The position numbers were made by a program, and so were the translations under genes. 64,000 nucleotides of DNA, taken from a virus. Taxonomy: Duplodnaviria > Caudoviricetes. The DNA lies in the IMG/VR virus record IMGVR_UViG_3300037408_000437, positions 3,897 to 67,896 of that record, one strand, 5' to 3'. Shown here piece by piece: positions 56,331 to 64,000 of the stretch. The number at the start of each line of letters is the position of its first letter. Position 1 is the stretch's first letter. The notes beneath the pieces are model-generated. The model did no database searches and had not been told where the DNA came from. It saw only the letters and a list, made by a program, of their open reading frames with translations.

Positions 56331-56579
56331 ATGACTATGAGCAAGAAGAAAGTGCAGTTCGCGCACGCAACGCGGGTACCTGGTGTACGGTGGCCGGGTG
56401 GATCGATCACCTACATACAAGGTTGTGTCCCCCTGACGGCGCGAGAAGTCCGGAAGATCATGCCCTGGAGCAAGATAAAGCTCCTGAAGAAGTCGCACAA
56501 CCGGGGGGCGGCTGGGGCTATGAAGGGTGTGTACATCGTCCCGGTGGGCTGGGACCACTGGGTCCGTGGTCTGGAGTGA
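56331..56579 (+). CDS. Early hypothetical basic protein
   Basis: AGGAG RBS, 82 aa. Confidence 0.55.
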   Translation: MTMSKKKVQFAHATRVPGVRWPGGSITYIQGCVPLTAREVRKIMPWSKIKLLKKSHNRGAAGAMKGVYIVPVGWDHWVRGLE

Positions 56580-56584
56580 CATCA

Positions 56585-56643
56585 GACGGCGCGGTCCTTC
56601 AGGGGGCCGTGCCGTTTTTCGTCGTGGTATTAACAACAGGAGT
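56585..56643 (+). repeat. Early-gene leader repeat copy 3
   Basis: GACGGCGCGGTCC-TTCA-GGGGGCCGTGCCGTT then CGTCGTGGTATTAACAACAGGAG. Confidence 0.9.
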
Positions 56644-56844
56644 ATGACCATGGATAATTCAATCCCCAACGCAGCCCGCCTCGCACGCCTCGCTGGCGTG
56701 CCCTGCCCTGCCCTCAACCAGGAAGATTTCTCGTTTGTGATCTGGGAAGACGGCCCTGACTGGGGCCACATCGACGTAGTTCGAAACAAGGTAACCCGCT
56801 GGAACCCTGAAACCCAGCGGCACGAGCGGATTTACCCAACCTAA
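56644..56844 (+). CDS. Early hypothetical protein
   Basis: MTMDNSIPN... after leader copy 3. Confidence 0.55.
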   Translation: MTMDNSIPNAARLARLAGVPCPALNQEDFSFVIWEDGPDWGHIDVVRNKVTRWNPETQRHERIYPT

Positions 56845-56848
56845 TCTT

Positions 56849-56923
56849 AGACGGCACAGTTCCCAGGTTCATCAGGGGGCTGTGCCGTCTGGTGTTGTGG
56901 CAATTCCGCCGAGGAGAGCAGTC
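56849..56923 (+). repeat. Early-gene leader repeat copy 4
   Basis: AGACGGCACAGTTCCC-loop-GGGGGCTGTGCCGTCT then GTTGTGGCAATTCCGCCGAGGAG. Confidence 0.9.
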
Positions 56924-57199
56924 ATGAGAGTTAAAGCTATGCAATTTAAGGCTTGGCCTGTCGATGAGGGCGAAATGGGTATCCGCCTGGACGTGGATGT
57001 TGACCGCGAGGCGGACCTTCCGCCGTGCCCCGGGCTGGGCGGCTGGAAGAAAGCCGGGTCCGGGATTTGGTGGACCAGGATCAAAGGACAGGCGGCCATG
57101 GACCTGGCGGCAGTGCTGTCCGGGTCGCCTGACGGATGGTTTCAGGACGTTATGGTCACCATGGACGGCGACCGGCTGGCGGGGATTGTTCCCGCCTAA
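56924..57199 (+). CDS. Early hypothetical protein
   Basis: MRVKAMQF... after leader copy 4. Confidence 0.6.
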   Translation: MRVKAMQFKAWPVDEGEMGIRLDVDVDREADLPPCPGLGGWKKAGSGIWWTRIKGQAAMDLAAVLSGSPDGWFQDVMVTMDGDRLAGIVPA

Positions 57200-57244
57200 C
57201 ACGCCGTCGCCTCAATAATCCCAGACAAGAGGTCTAGCAACCAA

Positions 57245-57269
57245 GCCCGCCAGGGATGGCAGGTTTTTT
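57245..57269 (+). terminator. Intrinsic terminator ending the first early cluster
   Basis: CCCGCCA-GGGA-TGGCAGG followed by TTTTTT. Confidence 0.6.
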
Positions 57270-58397
57270 GTTTAGGGGTGCCACCGTGCTCGTCGCTTCG
57301 CGCCGAGCAATATAGTTAAAAACTATCGAGGGTCGCTCGGCCTTCGGCCTCGGCCTATCGCACGGCCGGCGACGACCGAACGCGGCGGCCCCAAGAGCGC
57401 GGGTGAGGGGGCGCGTCCGTGGGATGGGCTAAGTAACCGGCCGTGGGGGCGCGTCCGTGGGACGGGCTAGGTAACCGGCCATAGCTAAAGGCTATCGCGG
57501 GGCTGGCGGAGCGATAGTCCTAGCCTATCGCGGTGGCCGAGCCAGCAAAATCCACCCCGAACAGCCGTGGCAAGGGCAGGGATAGCAGGGAAACAGGAGG
57601 AAAACTCGGCCTTCGGCCTCGGAGAAAATAAATTTTATACAGGGATGTGACGGTGTGTCTAGGTTGCGAAGGGTGCGTGGGTGGGGGGGAGCATGGGTGG
57701 GACAGATTACTAGAATATTAAAGTTTGCTCATATACATTTATGTATATATAACACATTATGCAGGGTTTTTAGGGGGTAGCAGGTAACTCGTTGATATTG
57801 TTGCTATATATGCGCGCGTGAGGGTGGCGATAGTTAAAAGCTATCGGAAAGTAAATCTCGATAGCTTGTAATACACGTAATACAGTAGCAAATCGCCCTT
57901 TTTCAGAGCTCACCGCTCGGCAACAGATAAACCCTCGTTTCAGAAGGTATATACCCTGTTTAATTAGTATTTATTACCTTAATCTTAACTAAATAAAAAT
58001 ATAAAAACATAAAAAAAGAATAAACAAACACACGCTGTTATCATCTGTAACCTTTTTCTCTGTTTTCTTCTTCTTCTTCTTCTTCTTTTTATATATATGC
58101 TAAGTAAAGATAAATTAGCACATAAAAAAAAATCGACATAAACATCCTAGAAAGAATCAATAACTTACTTGTAGTTATAAAGCCTATCACCGATACGCTA
58201 CATACAAGCCATTGATTTATAACAAGTCACTTTTTCTCATTTTTATAACTCATTGATTTTCCTTGTAACTCTATTTTTCGCTTTCTGTACAAGCATCTTT
58301 GATGCCAACTCAAATTGCACACCTGCTGAACCTCAAGCTTAGCCCGCACTCGCTCAGCCATATCCTCACTTCTGTTACGCTTCACAACATCCAACCA
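57270..58397. other. About 1.1-kb non-coding region: candidate origin, terminus or packaging region
   Basis: No convincing ORF; GC-rich repeats and palindromes followed by an AT-rich tract and a (CTT)n run near 58063-58090. Confidence 0.55.
57407..57480. repeat. 36-bp direct repeat x2 (period 38)
   Basis: GGGGGCGCGTCCGTGGGA(T/C)GGGCTA(A/G)GTAACCGGCC. Confidence 0.95.
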
Positions 58398-58447
58398 GGG
58401 GGTCATGCCGTCTTGCTTGGTGATCTTACCCATATAAGGAGCCCCTT
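58398..58447 (+). repeat. Early-gene leader repeat copy 5 (right arm only)
   Basis: GGGGGTCATGCCGTC...AAGGAG. Confidence 0.7.
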
Positions 58448-58573
58448 ATGAACTTCGAACACTTCGTCGATCCCGCCTTCGAGCAATTCATGCTCGCCCT
58501 CCACCTATTTATCCAGGCAGACAGGGATTTTTCTCTGTTAAAAACTACCCATTACCATTCGAGGATACTCTGA
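58448..58573 (+). CDS. 41-aa early peptide, not in the ORF track
   Basis: MNFEHFVDPAFEQF...; AAGGAG RBS; TGATG overlap with the next gene. Confidence 0.55.
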   Translation: MNFEHFVDPAFEQFMLALHLFIQADRDFSLLKTTHYHSRIL

Positions 58574-58776
58574 TGATCTTAGAACGAGGTATCGCCTTAC
58601 GTACCACAGTCGTTGACGACGGTGAAGAGTTTTACATCACCGTAACACGCTTCCCCAACTGCATCATTTCCCGATATGTACAAGATTATCGAGGACGTGT
58701 ATTGGAACACACCCCCTACTGCTGCCACCAAGAATTCGAGCGATTAATTGACCTAATAAAGGGAGCATCACAATGA
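58573..58776 (+). CDS. Early hypothetical protein
   Basis: GAGG RBS, stop-start overlap. Confidence 0.55.
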   Translation: MILERGIALRTTVVDDGEEFYITVTRFPNCIISRYVQDYRGRVLEHTPYCCHQEFERLIDLIKGASQ

Positions 58777-58940
58777 ACACCACCACCCTCAATCCAAGAA
58801 GTAACCGAACCTACCAGAAACGCCAGCTCTACCGTTGGTACCTACGCCAGCATTTCCATCTAAAGGCTTTCTTATTCCACCTCTTCCTGAAATATGTCCT
58901 ATACCGAACGTTTTACCGAGTAGTCACCAATCGCCCCTAA
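58773..58940 (+). CDS. 55-aa basic/aromatic peptide, not in the ORF track
   Basis: GGAG RBS, ATGA overlap. Confidence 0.45.
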   Translation: MNTTTLNPRSNRTYQKRQLYRWYLRQHFHLKAFLFHLFLKYVLYRTFYRVVTNRP

Positions 58941-58947
58941 CACAACC

Positions 58948-59032
58948 CGGCATAACTCCCAAATTTCATAAGGGGGTTATGCCGTCTTTAATTATGGTAC
59001 TAATACCACATCCTGTTACCGGAGTTTCCATC
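58948..59032 (+). repeat. Early-gene leader repeat copy 6
   Basis: CGGCATAACTCCC-loop-GGGGGTTATGCCG then TATGGTACTAA...GGAG. Confidence 0.85.
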
Positions 59033-60016
59033 ATGCCTACTGCTATGCAAATCGCTCTTGAAACCGCTGGCTACAACGATTCCAATATTATCCACGCTCA
59101 GTTCGCTTCCGAAGACCCGGAAGAGTTTGAATCCGAGAGCACCTGCGCGCTCGGCCACGAAGACGCTATGAATCAACCAAACACCAGTATCATCTCCTGG
59201 GATTTGGTAAGCAACGAACGTGGTCGCCTGAATCAAGAGCTACCAGCCCTGGAAGCCGATCTACCCAAGCTCAAGCAGGCCTCAGCCCAAATCGAAGCGA
59301 AGTTCAACAATCATCTGGCAATCAGTAAACGCCAGCAGGAGGAAGTGGCCTACATGGCCAATAACTTAGGGTTTATGGACGCTACTCAAACCCAACGTTA
59401 TCAGGAACTCCAACAAGCGCAGCTCACCAGCCGGACACTGGAACTGAAAATGCGCCAGGAACTCGCCCAAGTACGCGGCAAGCTCCAAACGATCCTAGGC
59501 GAAATCGAGTACACCAAGATCGTAAACGATCTCGATCCCGATGAACTCGATTGGGTACGATTCCCATGCAGTCCATTCGACCACGTTCTCATCACGGGTC
59601 TCTGCTATGCCATAAGAGATCGAATCCACAATCGGATCGTCTCAAACCAATTCGAACGGGAAGCCATCGAAGCTCGGCTCGCCACGCTCCAGTCTCAAAG
59701 CGCCTTGGAGCACTGTGAATCCATTAGACTGGAAAGTAATCTGTCTCAAGCCGATGAGCTTTACTCTCAGTTAGGGCGCCTCGATGATGAGACCGATAAA
59801 CTCCGTCGCTACTCCATGATCTACCGCCTGGTGGCTCACATCACCGCGAAGGAATTGACCAAGGAAGAACTTCAATACAAAGTCGGTTTCCCACCGCGCT
59901 CAACAGCACAGATTCGAGCCGCGTGGATCGAGTCACGCGCCAAGAAAGCCGAAACTCGGTTGGCCCAAAGCCGACAGAAGTCAGCAACCACCAACGCGTT
60001 TTTTGATATCTCGTGA
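59033..60016 (+). CDS. Coiled-coil early protein
   Basis: Start MPTAMQ after leader copy 6; 327 aa, Glu/Gln/Leu-rich. Confidence 0.65.
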   Translation: MPTAMQIALETAGYNDSNIIHAQFASEDPEEFESESTCALGHEDAMNQPNTSIISWDLVSNERGRLNQELPALEADLPKLKQASAQIEAKFNNHLAISKRQQEEVAYMANNLGFMDATQTQRYQELQQAQLTSRTLELKMRQELAQVRGKLQTILGEIEYTKIVNDLDPDELDWVRFPCSPFDHVLITGLCYAIRDRIHNRIVSNQFEREAIEARLATLQSQSALEHCESIRLESNLSQADELYSQLGRLDDETDKLRRYSMIYRLVAHITAKELTKEELQYKVGFPPRSTAQIRAAWIESRAKKAETRLAQSRQKSATTNAFFDIS

Positions 60017-60026
60017 GGTAATCACC

Positions 60027-60155
60027 ATGCCGATTCATAACGAATTTGGACGAATTATGTTCTTTGTATACACCAGTAAGTTCGAAGAATTCACTCAGTA
60101 TATGGTATTTGACGATACCAATTACCTGATAGCCGTCCACACCGTCTATAAATAA
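60027..60155 (+). CDS. 42-aa peptide, not in the ORF track
   Basis: GAGGT RBS; MPIHNEFGRIMFF... Confidence 0.5.
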   Translation: MPIHNEFGRIMFFVYTSKFEEFTQYMVFDDTNYLIAVHTVYK

Positions 60156-60166
60156 CCACCACCACC

Positions 60167-60231
60167 ACGGCATAGCTCCCAACAGGGGGTTATGCCGTCT
60201 TTCGTCGTGGCAACCACACTAGGAGACCACC
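60167..60231 (+). repeat. Early-gene leader repeat copy 7
   Basis: ACGGCATAGCTCCC-AACA-GGGGGTTATGCCGT then CGTCGTGGCAA...AGGAG. Confidence 0.9.
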
Positions 60232-60429
60232 ATGGCTACGTTCAATGAAAATAGTTTCTGGAAGCAGTTTGAAGCCGCGCCCGTCGGCACCACCTTCCGG
60301 CATCCCCGAGACGGCTACATCATGAAAACCGGGGTTGGGACCCGACGCAGTGGATGGTCCCCACAAAACCTGAACACCAAATTCGCTAAGGAGCTCAACA
60401 AGCGTTGGACTCCCACCACCTTCAAGTAA
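60232..60429 (+). CDS. Early hypothetical protein
   Basis: 65 aa after leader copy 7. Confidence 0.6.
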   Translation: MATFNENSFWKQFEAAPVGTTFRHPRDGYIMKTGVGTRRSGWSPQNLNTKFAKELNKRWTPTTFK

Positions 60430-60802
60430 CCCACCCATGGACAAGCCCGCCAGAAGATGGTAGGCTTGTCCATATCTCTGTTACACCCCAAAACCCCGGC
60501 GATATCCGTGGGAGACGCATGACATAGAAGTTTGGAGATAAAATGAACCCCATCCTCTACACATTACGTTATCTTCTGCTACTCGCCCACACCGGATTTG
60601 AGCAAAATTATTGAGATCAGGTCTTCATGAATGATCTCTACATTAAATTCCTAACCGCCGCTGACGCCAAGCTAACCGAGCTCAATAAAAATGACCGCAC
60701 TTGATTAGATGCACCAATACGCTAGATGCCGGTTTCTACTGGAAACCACCCCATATTCCTCAAGAATCACCCTCGATCTATTCGGACTAGGAGTATAAAC
60801 CC

Positions 60803-61276
60803 ATGTGGACTGGATTCATGGACATGCACAGCGGTGGCGACACTAAAATAGAGCCATACGAATACATTTTCATAGAAGCCCCAGAAGACGAAGCAAAAGT
60901 AATCTTCTACAACCGCTTCCATCGCAACCCAGAACGGATAACCTGCACGTGCTGTGGTGGGGACTATAGCATTACCACCTACCCCAACCTAGCGCAAGCA
61001 ACAGCCTATGAACGCGGCTGCGCATATGGTTACATAAACGCTAACGGCATTGAAATAACTCCTGATGACTGGTACGCACTGCCCCTTAGGCAACAACATG
61101 AATGGAAAGGCCAATACCTCGAACGTGAAAACTACAGAAACCACAAATACCTAACACTAGAAGAATATATGGAATGCAATGACGTACTGTTTATCCCTGC
61201 TTCGTGCATCGAACCACACGAAAGACAGGGCGAAATTCCATCAGAAGGTTATATATGGATCGAATCAAATGACTGA
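60803..61276 (+). CDS. Conserved phage protein with CxCC motif
   Basis: FMDMHSGG..K.EPYEYIFIEA...RNP.R.TC.CCG.DY; AGGAG RBS. Confidence 0.65.
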   Translation: MWTGFMDMHSGGDTKIEPYEYIFIEAPEDEAKVIFYNRFHRNPERITCTCCGGDYSITTYPNLAQATAYERGCAYGYINANGIEITPDDWYALPLRQQHEWKGQYLERENYRNHKYLTLEEYMECNDVLFIPASCIEPHERQGEIPSEGYIWIESND

Positions 61277-64000
61277 CACGACCTTCATCGATTTCGAAAC
61301 CCATTACACTCAGGACTATAATCTCAAGAAATTAAATTACTACCAATATATACAAGACCATAGATTTAGTATTCTAGGCGCGGCCATTATTCATAACAAC
61401 GAGCCCGCTCAATGGTTAACTGGCCTTGACCTCGCCACACTCCTGGATGAACTACGATACAACCCGCCCGAAGCCGTCGTAGCCCATAATACCCTATTCG
61501 ATGGCCTCATCCTCACCCAGCTCGGCGTCACCACCGAGCTATGGGTAGACACACTCAGCATGGCCAGAGCCCTGTTGCCCCCTGGCACCCCACTAAGCCT
61601 GGATGCCCTGGCCAAACGCTACCACCTGGGCCAGAAACTGGAAGGTCTGCCGATGGGCATAGCCTCGTGGGACGAACTCTCTCCCGAGGCCCAGCGCCGC
61701 CTGAAGGTCTACGCCATTAATGACGTGGAGCTCCTTCAAAAGCTCTATCAAACCCTCGCGCCACAATTCCCAAGCCAGGAGTTTGAATTAATCGACCTAA
61801 CCCTGCGAATGGCATTCAAACCTCATTTGCAACTCAACATGCCATTAGCCCAACAACTCCTAGCATCCGTGGGGGACCGAAAAACCAGACTCATCAATGA
61901 ATCAGGGCTCTCGGAAAAAGTATTATCCTCGAACAAACAGTTCTCTGAGTGGCTCCTAGCAAACAACTATGACGTACCAATGAAGGTTTCCCCGACTACC
62001 GGTAAACAAACTCCGGCCCTCGGCAAATCCGACCAAGCCTTCCTCGATCTTCTCGAAGATAACCCAGAACTCGAACCCGTCATCGAAGCCCGGTTAGCCG
62101 TTAAATCCACTCTGGAAACCACTCGCTTAACCACGCTCATCGAAACTCAGCAACTCATGAGAGGCGTCCCGGTCCCCTTAAAATACTACGGCGGACATAC
62201 TGGTCGCTGGAGTGGATTGTTCTATAACCTTCAAAACTTACCTAAAAAATCCGAAATCCGTAATACCCTGGAAGCCCCAGAAGGAGAAACCCTCATTATC
62301 GTTGATAGCAGCGCCATCGAGGCCCGAGTTCTAGCCTGGCTAACTGGTCAGGAATTTGCCTTGACCGCATACAAAAATAACGAGGACCTCTACAAGGTCA
62401 TGGCGGGTAAAATATATAACAAAGAACCCACCAAAGTAACTAAGGATGAACGCACCTTAGGTAAAATCGCGGTACTTGGATGCCTAGCATCAGATACCCA
62501 AGTATTGACAGATATGGGATGGAAGCCTATAATCGCAGTATCAATTTCCGACAAACTATGGGATGGTGTATCGTGGGTAAGGCACAAAGGCTTGATTTAC
62601 CAGGGTCAACAGACAGTAATAACGCAACACGGCGTAACCATGACCCCCGATCACCTCGTTCTGACGCCCGTAGGTTGGCGCAAATGGGAGGACACCCATA
62701 CAAACCATTCCCTTATGGACTCGGCGACAAAATTGGTGAATTTACCATCAAAGGCTGGGAGCAAAGATTCACCTCTTCGGGCCGCAGTAATGGCTGGCAT
62801 CCAATCGTGGTTTGTTCATGTGGTTGGACCGGCATGGTACTCCGTGAAAACCTTATTAAAGGAAAAACTACCCGTTGTAATACCTGCGCTAAACGTAAAT
62901 CAACAGATACTCGAAAACATTATTGGGGTTATGCGGAAATACTCCCGGATAACAACCACCGAACTCGCCTACTCAACCGACTCTCTTCCTGCATCGGACG
63001 CTGCCATTGCCCAACCAACACATACTACCACCACTATGGAGAGCGAGGAATATCCGTATACCAACCATGGAGAGAAGATCGCGGGACCTTTCTCAACTAC
63101 GTTCAAACGCTTCCTGACTGGGATATCCCAGAATATGAACTGGATCGCATCAACGTGGATGGCAATTACGAACCAGGTAATATCCGATTCGTATCCAAAT
63201 CAACCAACCTTTGTAACAAACGAAAAGTCCCCACACTCCAATATAGAATCACAGAACTCGAACAAGAAAATACCCGTCTACGATCTGAGCTATTGCGGAC
63301 CAAACAACAGATTTACGATCTTGAGCAACAAAGGACCGCTATTAGTACATAATTGCGGCTATGGAATGGGATTCAACAAATTCGTTCTTACCTGTAAAAC
63401 TTACGGAGTGACAATATCCGAAGAACTCGCCCAAACAACCATAGATACTTACCGAGAAACCTATAACCTAGTTCGTAATCTCTGGCGTACCTTCAATTCT
63501 TATATCCAGATAATGACTACCGATTTCGCTGAAAAATCAGGTAAAACCCCGTGGCTTAAATATACCGCACCTAACGAAACCCCGTGGCTTGAATATACCG
63601 CATCTAACGAAACCCTAACAACCCTGATATTCACAACTGAAAAAATTAGATTACCAAATGGACTCGCTCTCCATTATCCTAATCTACACCAAAACAACCA
63701 AGGAGAATATGTTTACGGACTTAAAAACAGCATTAAAAAAGTCTATGGCGCAAAAGTCGTCGAAAACATAGTACAAGCCCTAGCCCGTAACATCATCGCC
63801 AAACAAATGCTAGACGCCTATAAAACGCTACCGGGTACACTCGTACTATCCGTTCACGACGAGATAGTAGTCAGTACAAAAACCCAACACGCCGAATCAG
63901 TTTTACAAGACCTTATAACCATCATGAAAACTCCACCTAATTGGGCCAGCACTTGCCCTCTCGATGCCGAAGGCTCGATCTCCAAATTCTACAAGAAGTA
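61269..64000 (+). CDS. polA: Family A DNA polymerase with 3'-5' exonuclease, intein-containing; runs to the window edge, not in the ORF track
   Basis: My translation: IDFETH, AHNTLFD, YAINDV (exonuclease); HTGRWSG, NLQNLP, DSSAIEARVLAW (motif A), KIAVLG|CGYG (motif B, split by the intein), ENIVQALAR, SVHDEIV (motif C). Confidence 0.95.
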   Translation, partial: MTDTTFIDFETHYTQDYNLKKLNYYQYIQDHRFSILGAAIIHNNEPAQWLTGLDLATLLDELRYNPPEAVVAHNTLFDGLILTQLGVTTELWVDTLSMARALLPPGTPLSLDALAKRYHLGQKLEGLPMGIASWDELSPEAQRRLKVYAINDVELLQKLYQTLAPQFPSQEFELIDLTLRMAFKPHLQLNMPLAQQLLASVGDRKTRLINESGLSEKVLSSNKQFSEWLLANNYDVPMKVSPTTGKQTPALGKSDQAFLDLLEDNPELEPVIEARLAVKSTLETTRLTTLIETQQLMRGVPVPLKYYGGHTGRWSGLFYNLQNLPKKSEIRNTLEAPEGETLIIVDSSAIEARVLAWLTGQEFALTAYKNNEDLYKVMAGKIYNKEPTKVTKDERTLGKIAVLGCLASDTQVLTDMGWKPIIAVSISDKLWDGVSWVRHKGLIYQGQQTVITQHGVTMTPDHLVLTPVGWRKWEDTHTNHSLMDSATKLVNLPSKAGSKDSPLRAAVMAGIQSWFVHVVGPAWYSVKTLLKEKLPVVIPALNVNQQILENIIGVMRKYSRITTTELAYSTDSLPASDAAIAQPTHTTTTMESEEYPYTNHGEKIAGPFSTTFKRFLTGISQNMNWIASTWMAITNQVISDSYPNQPTFVTNEKSPHSNIESQNSNKKIPVYDLSYCGPNNRFTILSNKGPLLVHNCGYGMGFNKFVLTCKTYGVTISEELAQTTIDTYRETYNLVRNLWRTFNSYIQIMTTDFAEKSGKTPWLKYTAPNETPWLEYTASNETLTTLIFTTEKIRLPNGLALHYPNLHQNNQGEYVYGLKNSIKKVYGAKVVENIVQALARNIIAKQMLDAYKTLPGTLVLSVHDEIVVSTKTQHAESVLQDLITIMKTPPNWASTCPLDAEGSISKFYKK
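62481..63353 (+). mobile_element. 291-aa intein in polymerase motif B, with no in-frame endonuclease
   Basis: Block A CLASDTQVLTDMGWKPI, block B TPDHLV, block F VYDLSYCGPNNRF, block G LVHN followed by extein Cys; frame checked stop-free codon by codon. Confidence 0.93.
62684..63352 (+). CDS. HNH homing endonuclease in the -1 frame inside the intein
   Basis: CSCG...C..C, YG.RGISV...W, ELDRINVDGNYEPGNIRFV...N..NKR; ORF open from ATG 62480; AGGT RBS before ATG 62684. Confidence 0.88.
   Translation: MGGHPYKPFPYGLGDKIGEFTIKGWEQRFTSSGRSNGWHPIVVCSCGWTGMVLRENLIKGKTTRCNTCAKRKSTDTRKHYWGYAEILPDNNHRTRLLNRLSSCIGRCHCPTNTYYHHYGERGISVYQPWREDRGTFLNYVQTLPDWDIPEYELDRINVDGNYEPGNIRFVSKSTNLCNKRKVPTLQYRITELEQENTRLRSELLRTKQQIYDLEQQRTAIST
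63544..63614. repeat. 33-bp in-frame tandem duplication in polA
   Basis: AAACCCCGTGGCTT(A/G)AATATACCGCA(C/T)CTAACG x2, encoding TPWLKYTAPNE/TPWLEYTASNE. Confidence 0.95.

Noticed and set aside
58227-58433. 68-aa minus-strand ORF
   Set aside because: Opposes the early operon, overlaps leader copy 5 and has no RBS or motif
55391-60231. CRISPR array or integron cassette array
   Set aside because: Spacing is irregular, intervening DNA consists of whole ORFs, there are no cas or integrase genes, and no attC GTTRRRY core pattern was seen
60543-60798. Genome-wide stop-codon reassignment
   Set aside because: All large genes are intact in code 11, and TAA, TAG and TGA all serve as normal stops
1-64000. 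Integrated prophage with host flanks
   Set aside because: No bacterial housekeeping genes, integrase, repressor or att pair; the tRNA lies inside the phage replication operon

Overview
The whole window is a tailed dsDNA phage genome or near-complete genome; no host genes, integrase or repressor were seen. It is podovirus-like, with an N4-gp56/933W-type capsid and portal module, and spanin and H-NS genes that suggest a Gram-negative proteobacterial host. Two transcription blocks are present. The + strand carries early and replication genes (55.4-64 kb and 1-3.05 kb): small genes behind a repeated hairpin leader, a family A DNA polymerase with an intein, a VRR-NUC nuclease and tRNA-Glu. The - strand (55.2 kb down to 3.1 kb) carries terS, thyA, terL, a Q-like antiterminator, H-NS, dcd, portal, scaffold, capsid, tail, lysis genes, a four-glycosyltransferase plus methyltransferase cassette, ejection proteins and a 4036-aa polyvalent protein. 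The most striking feature is two homing endonucleases that are overprinted on intact host frames. One HNH gene, with a candidate promoter and RBS of its own, is nested antisense inside the uninterrupted giant gene. The other is in the -1 frame of the polymerase intein, in an ORF offset from the intein by exactly one base at each end. Also notable are low-GC SLOG and Macro-like domain cassettes in the giant protein bounded by linker repeats, a possible virion glycosylation system beside a Ser/Pro mucin-like tail protein, and a seven-copy hairpin/RBS leader in the early region. Family names are recalled from motifs, not from database searches.
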